DNA of 64,000 nucleotides from Octopus sinensis (Eukaryota): NCBI RefSeq assembly GCF_006345805.1, contig NC_042999.1:156860001-156924000 (forward strand). Reading direction: 5' to 3'. The number at the start of each line of letters is the position of its first letter. Position 1 is the first letter of the stretch. Under the pieces are notes generated by a model. It searched no databases and had not been told where the DNA came from. It saw only the letters and a program-made list of their open reading frames with translations. Positions 1 through 10,132 of the stretch are shown here, in pieces. Made by a program: the position numbers and the translations under genes.

Positions 1-149
1 TGGAACTTAACTGAAAGTAAGCTATCTAAATACTCTTATTTTACTTATTAATTTATTTTTTTGCAAGTAATTTTGTGAAATCAGTCAATACTAATCCAAA
101 CTTGTTTTGGTATATACATATAAATTAAAGTTCATGTGAATTCAAGTGT

Positions 150-470
150 CAAGACATACTGTATTTGTGTTTACAAATCATGGCAATCCTAAATACTAAC
201 AGAGTAATTATAGAAAAGTTCCTATTTATGGAACAGCTGAAAATTAAAACAATTCATATAGTTGAGTACATTTTTTTAGTAATGAAAATGTACTTCTCAG
301 AAAGGATTTTTATTTGTACAACTAATGGAAACCTACAACGATTGGTCACTATCAAGGATAGAAGTAATGCTAGGCATTATAATTCACAGCATCATTTACC
401 GGTGGTACTTAACTGCAAGACGGTTCAGTGGTAGACTAAATAAAGTTTTGCAGAATGTTATTAAATCAGT
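150..470 (+). mobile_element. Decayed hAT (Buster/Charlie-type) transposase fragment, part 1
   Basis: Frames give IIEKFLFMEQLKIKT and HSIIYRWYLTARRFSGRLNKVLQNVIKSVN, resembling the hAT motifs EEFLFC..L and HC..HR..L...L..VL..V...VN. Frameshifted. Confidence 0.6.
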
Positions 471-482
471 AAATATAGGGTT

Positions 483-610
483 TCCTGACCAACTTTAGAT
501 TTGTACTGACCAATATTACTGATTTTTACCGACCAATATTTGAGTTGTACTGATCAATTTTAGATTTTTACCAACCAATTTTAGAAAATTTACTGATCAA
601 CTTCAGAATT
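483..610. repeat. Short degenerate tandem array of about 20-22 bp (ACTGACCAAT-type core, about 6 copies)
   Basis: Repeated ctgaccaa/ctgatcaa/ccaaccaa followed by ttttag; it interrupts the hAT reading frame. Confidence 0.7.
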
Positions 611-734
611 ATTATTTTGATAGATATTTCTAAATACAATATCTTGAACCCAAATATATATTTTTAATATGTACACTTATAATCAAGAATTTTACCACTA
701 TATTACCATTATATCAATTGAAGATTTTTTGAAC

Positions 735-895
735 GAAATTGCTTATATATATATATATATATTTTATTGACAATATATATAGATGGATAGATAATAAAAA
801 CGATGCAAAACAATAAAATATTTCTATTTGAGAAGTTCTATAAAATCCAAATAAAGTTTATTCAAGAAGATATATATATATATATATTATATATA

Positions 896-965
<70 letters not shown>

Positions 966-990
966 GTGTGTGTGTGTGTGTGTGTGTGTA
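735..990. repeat. (TA)n and (TG)n microsatellites
   Basis: Direct reading. Confidence 0.95.
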
Positions 991-1239
991 ATCTTTATTC
1001 ATTAATGATCTACTTCTCTGAAGAACAAATATAGCCTAACATTTTTCTATAAAATGAATTGCAATGTTTTTTAGTAATTTTGTTGAATTTGTTTGATATT
1101 AAATCCTTTAATTTATTTTCATTTCATGCATTAGAATGCAAGACCAGTGGTAAAATTCCTGATTATAAGAGTACATATTAAAAATATTTGGGTTCAAGAT
1201 ACTTTATTTAGAAATATATATCAAAAACATTATTCTGAA

Positions 1240-2200
1240 GTTGATTTTTTTTTTTTGTCTAAAATTGTTCGGTACAAATCTAAAATTGATTAGTACAAAT
1301 CTAAAATTGGCTAGGAAACCCTATAAAATGAAAGCTTATATGTTGAATAGTCACATTTTTCAGAGTCTCATGTCTATGTGCACTGTACAGATGTTCAATG
1401 GTCAATTTTATCATGTAATCTTGACTGTTCTCTTCGGGAATTTATTTAAGATCACGTGATGAGGAAATGTTAAGTGTACTTGAAAATCAATGGGTTGACA
1501 TAACTTTTGAGCATTTTGAGATGAACATCAAATTGTTGGCAAACAATATGAACTTTGATAAAAGCAAAGGGATACCCATAAATTCTTTAATCAGAAAAAT
1601 CACATTTTGCAAAAATAACATTTCCACACAGGAATTTCTTAGACCTTTTGAGTATACAACTAATAAAAGAACATAATGAGAGTGATTTGATATTAGATTT
1701 ACATCTAGAAAGTTATTTTTGCCATCTTCAGGCACTGAAAGATAATGTGATGACTAGATTTTGAATTCCATAAGGAATTCCATGAAGAATTTGCAAATAT
1801 TAAATTCAGTTTCAAAACAATTGCCCTCCACAAATCAATGATCTACAAGCCTTCAAAATGACCTCTTCAATATGATAAAAAGGTAAAGTGTTAAGAACAT
1901 TCTTAAGCTTTCAAGACACTTTGCTTAAAGGGCTGATGGATTTCTGTAACTCTACATATTATGTATTCTATCTGATAAAACAAAAAACTTGTTGATAAAT
2001 ACATGTAACATACGACCTGTCTCCAGCAATATTAGAAAAAAATATAGGAAAGTTCATTAATATGTGATAAGATAGAATGCTTAGCTGTCTGTCTGCATCT
2101 CATTTCTTTAAAAGACCATAAACTTAATTTCTTAACTGAACCTAAAATGCTAACTTATTAATCCTGCTAAGAACAAACTAGGTAAGGATAGCAAGTATAA
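1240..2200 (+). mobile_element. Decayed hAT transposase fragment, part 2
   Basis: CTDVQW (cf. TEVRWLS) and VLENQWVDITFEHFEMNIKL (cf. LAYL.DIF.HLN.LN..LQ); many stops. Confidence 0.5.
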
Positions 2201-4353
2201 ACTAGATTCAACCAATAATAGCATTTGTGTACTTCTAACCTGCTACCTCTGGAATAATAGTTATCCAGTGATTAATTGGTCCTATCACATACATGTCATT
2301 AAATTAATGTAATTTGACATAGTACAATTTTGCCTCTCTATTATCAGCCAATATCTCTGCATGAAAGTATTACATTTCAACTATATATACACACCAATTT
2401 ACTGACTTAGATATTAATATTATAATGCATACCAGAAAATTTTCTTTTCCTTTGGTGACTTGTTCTGGGTTAAAAGGAATTGTGCAGAACATTTCTTTGC
2501 TGTTTTGATGCAGATGAGGCTTGTAACTTAATCAGGCTATTTGGTTTAAAAGAGCATTCTGCCTACATTTAATTTAGCCTACAGAGTAGGCTGTTTAATT
2601 AAAGTAAAAAATGGTTACCAATTACAGAAACTTAGGAAAAGCTGAGCTATATGTACAGGTGATCATGGTATTTTCATTGTTGTGTTTTTATGGTAGGCAT
2701 CAATGATTATGGAAATGATGTTGTAACTGATAAAATTCATCATTGCTGGGTTTAAAATTTGATCAACTGTTATGTTCATCGACCAGTAACTGTTCCTAAA
2801 ATATTATTGTATTAGTCTATTAATTTTTCATTTGTATTTTGTTAATAATAATATTTCCTTAGCTAATCTCTTACTTTTTGTGTGTATGGAATTTTATCTA
2901 TGGTGGTAGAATTGTCTTTCTAACTAGTTTTTGTTTCATGTTAAATAGTAAGTTTTCCTATTACAGTTTTTTTTTTTGGTGATAGTCTTATGATAGTTCA
3001 TGATTAAGTTTAACACATGGTGTATTTTGTTTTAGAAGTTTTTTTAATAACATACATACTATATGTATTTAGTTCATGTAGCATACGTTATGGTTTTGCT
3101 GTTTTTCTATAGGCAATTGCATATGGGTTTCTATGGTTTACAAGGCAGAGAAATTGGTGTGGCCTCGAATTTCACATGCATAAAAACATAAATGTTTATA
3201 ATGGGAGAAGGAGATACTCCATAGTTATCATAAACCTTCCATTCCATTATAAAATCCAATTTGTAACATCCGTGTGAAGCGAGGTGATGAGAATGGCTCA
3301 TTAGTACATCAGACGGTCGATACATATCAACCAAATTTTTTTTTATTTCTATCCACTAATGATACAGACCAGAAATAACACAATAAAATAAGACAAGAAA
3401 TTTTTTATTGTGACAGTATAAATTTTTTTTGTTGACATTTTGTTCACTATCTAGAATTGCTATACTGCTTAATCACATTGGACTCATTGTATTCTTCAGT
3501 TATGTTTTCATTTATCTTAGGTCACTGAAGAAGTGTTTTGCAAATAATATAGCAGTAAAATCAGAAATGGTGCAGAAAAAGCAATTCAGTTGAAGACTGG
3601 AAATAATCTATGAAGATTGTAAGCTCAGGCAATTATTTAGTTTTGTACCTAAACTTCCAATTCTAAAAAAATCATTTTCAAAAGTGAAGTTAACAGTACA
3701 CTGACAAGATAAGAGAAGGAGAGAGAGAAAAAAAAACAAGGAATAAAATGAAGTAGGAAGACATCTTGATCTCGTCTGTCAAAGATCAGAAAGCAAATTT
3801 ATACACCAGTAACATTTTACATCCTGTGATAAAGCTGTGAAAGAATAGAAAAATTGATCATGAGAGTAGGAAAAGATGTTTTCCTTGCAAGGTCAGCCTT
3901 GATATTCATGCTTCTGGGGTCGATGAAATAGTTCAAATAAAGTACTGATGTCAATTGTACATATACCCCTTCACACAAATTGTACCCCCCCCATATACAC
4001 AGACCCCAAAACACATAAATTACACACCACACGCTAACATAACCCCACCCCGACTTCTTCCTTTACAGAAAGAAAACAGACCAATGAACACAGCTGTATA
4101 TACCTGCGCCCCCCCAGAAAAGATTATACATATGACACTGCTATACATACCACACATCCTATCCCCACAAGAGCACACATTAATAATACACACTTTCCCC
4201 ACTTCAAGATAACTCCTGTCAGCTTCACTGCATACCCAACCAAAGGACATAACTCCTAAACTAATCCCCTGGCCCCTTTTCATTCCACCTCGCTTTTCAC
4301 AGCAACAACTGACCATTTGTGTTAATCCACCTCAGACTATAGAGAGGAGGTAC

Positions 4354-4834
4354 CATCTTTACCAGCTGGCTATTGACACATGATCTGTGTCCGTAGATCA
4401 TATGTCAGTAGCCAGCTGGAAAAGATGTTTTCCTGAGGTTCCCATGTAGGACTGCCAGGTTGCATTGGCAAATAGACTTTACTGTACAGTACTGTTACGA
4501 CATATTTCTCACTCAGAGATTTAAAACTTGTCGTTTTTCTCTTTACGAGATCAGCGACTGTGTGTCTCTTTAAAATGATATACTGTCAGCAAGAGCGAAT
4601 GGCCATTATCTCTAGCCAGTGGTTGTTCTGTACAGAGGAAGGGAAATTAGTCAGAAACCGTAGGTCTACAGGTATCGCTACAGCTAGAAAGGGAGCAGTA
4701 GACTCCCATGCTCACAGTATACGGACCCGGATCATGTGTTGGTAGCCAGCTGGAAAAGATGTTTTCCTGGGGCTAGAAAGTAATAACATCATCCTACATA
4801 GAACTGCCACATTGCGTTGGCAAATAAACTTTAT
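4354..4834 (+). mobile_element. Non-coding element: inverted arm plus two direct repeats with an HHR-like motif between them (PLE pLTR-like)
   Basis: Hairpin 4354-4427; direct repeats 4395-4481 and 4729-4834; HHR-like motif 4627-4672; ends at (GT)n. Confidence 0.5.
4627..4672 (+). ncRNA. Type I hammerhead-like motif with a mutated core
   Basis: ctgta | cagagga | a gggaaattagtc a | gaaa | ccgtagg | tc | tacag. Stem I is 5 bp, U4 is A, stem II is weak. Confidence 0.4.
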
Positions 4835-4859
4835 ATACGTGTGTGTGTGTGTGTGTCTA

Positions 4860-6190
4860 AAAGTTGTTTTATTTAAATAAAGATTTGACTCCAACGTAAC
4901 CATACATATATATATGAAATAAATAAATTTATATAAGATTATTAGAAAATATACAGTAAATAGTAGTTATATAAATTATTTTAATTTATAGAATTTTGAG
5001 TATAATTTATCGTTGTTAATTCTGAATTTTAGGTTTATAGTGAAAGATATTATAGTGTATAATGATTCTATTCTCTATTAGTGACTCTGTTCTCTTTATC
5101 TATTAAAGCTAAAATATATTTGTAGTTTTCATTGATAAATGCATATTTCCATCTGTTTGTTCTATTTCTGTTAATAACGTAATTCCACGAGTTTTCTTAT
5201 AAACGTTTTCCGTTTTGAAATTTTAGTTAATGACAAGCTGTTCGAGAAATAAGTAAACATTTTTATTTAAGAAATATTATTGTATTCTATATAACTATTG
5301 ATTGTTAAATTTGAATTTATAATTATTTTAGTTGTTAATGATAATTTAGATATGTACATTTATTTAATTATTATTAGCGCATAATTATTATAACTGAACG
5401 TAAATTTTAAGATATTAGTCACTTTGTGATATAGATCGTAAAATTGTTTTAGAAAATAGTGTTGATTATAGTAATAACAAGTATTTTATAAGATAGGTTA
5501 TACATTTTTAATTTGAATTTTTCAATTCTTAAATTGTATTTCATAAATATATTCTATAGATATCTATAATATTTTGTAAGTAATAATGGGCTAATTTATT
5601 TTTGGTTATATGTTTATACATTTATTGATAGAGAAAATTTTAGATTTTTAATTACTATATTTGTTGATTATAATTTAGATACTTATATCTATGTATTTAT
5701 CATTTTATAATTACTATATGTGAACTTAAATCTAAAAATATTAATAGTGATTATTTTGTTAAATAATTTGGTAATTAAATATTGGAGTATAACTGAGTTA
5801 AAGATATTCGATAGTTTATTAGTTTTTTTTAAGTCAAATTATATCTTCACAGATAAATACATATTCCTTTTTTTTTATACCTTAAATATTAAATATTTAA
5901 CATAATAAATGTGTTGTAGGAAATAATCCTAATGTTTTAAGTTTCAAATTTAGTTAATAGAGATTTTTGTAAAAGAAAAATTATTAATTTTATTTATTTT
6001 TTAAATAAATATTGTTTAACTCTATTTGCTTATATATTTAACCTGAAGATTGACTATAATTTTAAATCGAATTTATTTCAATTGAATTTAAACTTAATTG
6101 TAATTCGAATTTAATTGTAGCCATGAAACGTACGTAGTTTTTTTTCTTATATATTGATCATTCATTTCTATACTTTTTGAGATCTACTTA
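4860..6190 (-). mobile_element. 5'-truncated Penelope-like element (decayed GIY-YIG C-terminus) with an inverted pLTR at its 5' end
   Basis: Minus frames give EIEQTDGNMHLSM, INENYKYILALIDKENRVTNRE and IFHYKPKIQN*. Plus 6017-6045 resembles minus 4990-4950. HHR at 6040-6139. Confidence 0.5.
6040..6139 (+). ncRNA. Type I hammerhead ribozyme motif with long stem II
   Basis: aac | CTGAAGA 6043-6049 | tgactataatt...aattgtagcca stem | GAAA 6125-6128 | palindrome acgtacgt 6128-6135 | A6136 | gtt. Confidence 0.65.
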
Positions 6191-6191
6191 A

Positions 6192-6198
6192 ATATATA

Positions 6199-6238
<40 letters not shown>

Positions 6239-6332
6239 CATATTTATATGTTTTATAAAAATATACATTATTTATGTTTTGGTTTATATCTATCAATGTA
6301 TGAGTTGTATAATTGTGGTTTTATCTCTAATT

Positions 6333-6401
<69 letters not shown>

Positions 6402-6410
6402 TATACACAC

Positions 6411-6497
<87 letters not shown>
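6192..6497. repeat. (TA)n microsatellites flanking the Tc1
   Basis: Direct reading. Confidence 0.95.
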
Positions 6498-6500
<3 letters not shown>

Positions 6501-8143
6501 TTGCGGCCAGAATGTTCAGAACGGCATTGTTTTCGTCTGAAAAGTAGGTATAAGTTTTTATCAAAGTTGTTTTATATTCTATAATTTTCACAGACAATAA
6601 ATACGATATTATTTGTTATTGTCTGAGATTTTGGTATAATTTGAGAATATAATACAAAAGTTATGGATGATTTAGTGATTTACTGCAAAACCCATGGCGG
6701 TTAAAATGATCAGAACGGTTGCTTTTACTCCATGTTTTAGTATATTTAACCGTCGAACTCTAATGTTTTGAATTTGTATACGTGATAGTTCGTTTACTAA
6801 ACATTAGTAAGAATATCTGCAGTGTACTTTGTTAATATAATGCCACTTACTCCGTTACCAATTCGTCAGCAGATTATTAAGCTTCGAAAGAAGGATAATT
6901 TAAGTATTGGGTCTATTGCAAAGATTGTTAACAAGTCAAAAAGTGTTGTTCACGGTATTCTTAAGGTCTACGATGATTGTGGTTCGTGTGAAGCAAGAAA
7001 GTCTACAGGTAGGCCAAGAAAAATGACCAAGAGAGAAGATCGTGCTATGGTAAAGTTGGTTAAAAGTGTTAGATTTAAAACTGCTGCTGCTGTTTCTCGG
7101 GAAATGAGCATTGTACTGAAGAAAACTTTATCTCGAAAAACTGTGTCTCGTCGTTTAGTTGAACATGACCTACAAGCAAGAGCACCTGCAGTGAAGCCAC
7201 TGATCAGCTCCAAGAATAAAAAATGTCATCTTACCTTTGCAACCGAACATGTGTTGTGGTCTCAAGAAAAATGGCAAACGGTGCATTTCAGTGATGAATC
7301 TAAGTCTATGTTATTTGGCTCAGATGGGAAAAGGTACTTTTATCGAAAAGCAGGTGAAAAATTGTCGCCTAAATGCCTTAAGACTAGTGTTAAATTCGGT
7401 GGAGGAAGTGTCATGGTTTAGGGGATGATATCTGGAGATGGTGTGGGCCCTTTGCTGCGATTACATGAAAAGGTAAATGCAGGAGTTTATAAACAACTTG
7501 TAAAAGATCATGTCTTGCCTGTGCTGAGAAATTCAACTAAGCGACCACCCATATTCATGCAGGACAATGCCCCATGTCACAAGGCTAAGGCGGTCATGAA
7601 CTTCCTCGAGGCTGAAAAGGTTATTGTTATGGATTGGCCTGCTCAAAGCCCAGATCTCAATCCTATTGAAAACATGTGCTGGAGTCGGAAAGACAACATC
7701 CAGGTCTTCTGGAGAACGTTCGAAAGCCAGAAATCCTAAAACACCCGAGCAATTATGGAATGCCCTTCAGGAAGAATGGAATAAGATCACCCAGCAAAAA
7801 ATTGAAAATTTAATTTCCTCATGCAGTCAAAGATGTCAAAGTTTGATTGAAGCTAAAGGGCTTCACACTAAATATGAAATAATTCCGGCATTCTCTGTCA
7901 TTTTTGATTATTTTGTTATTTTTTCAACCGTTCTGATCATTTTGGCCACCATGGGCTTTGCAGTAAATCACTAAATCATGCATAACTTTTGTATTATCTT
8001 CTCAAATTACACCAAAATCTCAGACAATACCAATTAATATTGTATTTATTGTCTGTGAAAATTATAGAATATAAAACAACTTTGATAAAAACTTATATCT
8101 ACTTTTCTGACGAAAACAATGCCGTTCTGAACATTTTGGCCGC

Positions 8144-8148
<5 letters not shown>
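6498..8148 (+). mobile_element. Full-length Tc1-family DNA transposon with about 224-bp IR/DR-type terminal inverted repeats
   Basis: TIRs 6498-6721 and 7925-8148 begin CAGTTGCGGCC and end GGCCGCAACTG. Left flank TA, right flank TG in a microsatellite. Outer and inner repeats share aatg(t/a)tcagaacgg. Confidence 0.95.
6840..7878 (+). pseudogene. Tc1 transposase (DD34E), inactivated
   Basis: GRPRK, FSDES, MQDNAPCH and SPDLNPIEN with 34 residues between D and E. TGG to TAG at 7419-7421 in GGGSVMVW; frameshifting insert near 7680-7705; terminal stop lost. Confidence 0.93.
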
Positions 8149-8190
<42 letters not shown>

Positions 8191-8192
8191 TA

Positions 8193-8248
<56 letters not shown>

Positions 8249-8912
8249 TTGAAAAGATTTGTAGAGATAACGCACGAGTAAATAGATATTTATGAAAAAC
8301 AAGAACGAAAATGCTACTTTCTTAAAATTGGGTACATTTTAATTTTTCTTTTACATGTTTCGGTTTTTGAAAAACCTTATCAAAAATATGTACTAAAATA
8401 GAATGTGTAAAGAGAAAAGAACTATTTAAAAAATTAAAATTAAGATTAACATTCACAGTTTACTTTCCTTTCTCCTGCAAGAACACGTTATAATATCCTT
8501 TGGTTCTGGTAGCAGGACAAGCTCAACTGGCTGTGACCGCAAATTACTACTAACCATCTTTGTAAATTGAATAGTGTATTAATATAAGGATAAAATCTAT
8601 AAAAGATTTTATGAAGTAGCCAATGTGTAAAGCCAATTAAGGTAAAAAATCGATACGAAGTATATAATTTTAAAAAATACATTATTGTATTAAGGGCTGT
8701 TACTATAGGTAAAGTCACACGTTGGAAAGGGACACTAAAGTGAAACTACTTCATCAAATATACACACGTGCTGAAATCGATGGAATGATTCGATATGCAA
8801 TTGAACATTTTTAAAGGATTTTTCTTTGTTCATTCCTTTGACTTCAGCACGTGTGTATATTTGAAAAAGTAGTTTCACTTTAGCGTCCCCTTCCAGTGTG
8901 TGGCTTTACAAA
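8249..8912 (-). mobile_element. PLE-pLTR-like non-coding remnant between TA-type microsatellites
   Basis: HHR-like motif at 8349-8386; 80-bp inverted repeat 8709-8788 / 8830-8909 at the minus-strand 5' end. Confidence 0.5.
8349..8386 (-). ncRNA. Minimal type I hammerhead-like motif, U3:A8 core variant
   Basis: Minus: ttt | TTGATAA | ggttttt c aaaaacc | GAAA | catg | TA | aaa. Stem III palindrome acatgt 8353-8358; stem I only 3 bp. Confidence 0.45.
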
Positions 8913-9089
8913 TAATATATATATATATATGTACTCACATATATACATACATATGTACACATACATATACATATACGCATAGATATATACACACAGATAT
9001 AGATACACATATAAACAAGTACATACTTGTACATACACACATGCACACACACACACGTAGATATACATATATGTATGTGTAAATGCAGT

Positions 9090-9619
9090 GTACATAAGAG
9101 GTATCTATCATAGGGTACCTTGCACGCTAGAGGGAATAGCCAAAATCCAAACCACTATTATGGATAAATTTCAAAGGGAATGAAAAATAAAAACATTTAC
9201 CATCTATCTCCTGGACCATGGTTTCTGACTTTATATTAGCAAATAAAATAATTTGCTAGGCGAAGTCTTCATCAACAGGTACGGCTAGATTAAACATATA
9301 AATACGAGGCAATCCAGCATGTTCCTTGTGCTTATATATTATAAATTTTCAAATCCACCAGGCAAGCGTATTTTTTTTTTTTTTTTGTCGGCAGCAAATA
9401 AAATAATGCCGACGTTACGACGAAAATTTGACCAAAAGAATTATCAATAAATAATATCAGGATAAGAAAAATTTTAGAAATTTTTTCTACCAGTGTCCTA
9501 GCGTGTAGAAAAATTAGTCAATAGACTATGTATTATTCATATAAATAAAGTGTACATTTAAACACATAAGGCGTACCTGTTGATGAAGACTTCGCCTAGC
9601 AAATTATTTTCTTTGCAAT
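9090..9619 (-). mobile_element. PLE-pLTR-like element related to 18316-19082, with an inverted partial copy
   Basis: Shares the gtcggcagcaaata...gccgac hairpin, ggtaaatgttttt and aatat(c/t)agg(a/g)ta blocks with the 18.3-kb element. Perfect 39-bp inverted repeat 9245-9283 / 9572-9610. Confidence 0.65.
9210..9279 (-). ncRNA. Type I hammerhead motif, U3.G8 variant
   Basis: Minus: cctg | TTGATGA | a gact ... tagcaaat/atttgcta ... agtc a | GAAA | ccatgg | TC | cagg. Palindrome accatggt 9215-9222. Confidence 0.6.
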
Positions 9620-10132
9620 ACGAGCATTCCAATGTGTTTGGGACAGTGCAGAGGATTCATAAAGAGTTGGATGAGTCTAATGAATATTAAGAAGGTTCGG
9701 CAGCTCGGAAAATTCCCTCTGATTGTTCTGACAAGAAAAGAACTGAATTTGTTGATGAAATCCAAGCCATGATCGACAACGATCCCTTCAAGTGAATCAG
9801 GTCCATCGCCAGGGCATGGGAGTGTCTGAGTTTCTTATCGGGCAAGTAGCGCATGAAGACATTCTGTATTCCTCATACAAGATGGGAAATTTTTATACGA
9901 AGCCATCAAGGACAAGTGGAAAGATCACGCTACGAAGTTTTTGAAAAAACTCACACATCCCTTCCAACCGAATATGCTTTGGTTTTTGTCAGACGAGAAA
10001 AATTTCTGCCATGATCAGATGGTGAACATACTGAACAAACCGTTGGCTTGGCTTGCTATGTCCCCAAAACATGTACCGAGAATGATAAAAATCAAACATC
10101 CAGTCAACATCATGGTGTTTAGAGTGTACTGA
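9620..10132 (+). mobile_element. Tc1/mariner-superfamily (maT-like) transposase fragment
   Basis: KKLTHPFQPNMLWFLSDEKNFCHDQMVN...KHPVNIMVF contains the first catalytic D in the SDEKNF context; frameshifted. Confidence 0.7.

Noticed and set aside
3113-3334. Coding exon on either strand (AIAYGFLWFTRQ... on plus; 67-aa ORF on minus)
   Set aside because: No recognisable protein and no good donor in an open frame.
4890-6000. Mitochondrial insertion (NUMT), suggested by extreme AT content and strand skew; also considered for 24380-25200
   Set aside because: No mitochondrial protein, rRNA or tRNA motif recognised; translations fit Penelope GIY-YIG C-termini.
8709-8909. Hammerhead within the fold-back arms (ctggaagg...gaaactac)
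   Set aside because: The core is wrong, there is no palindromic stem III, and stem I does not pair.
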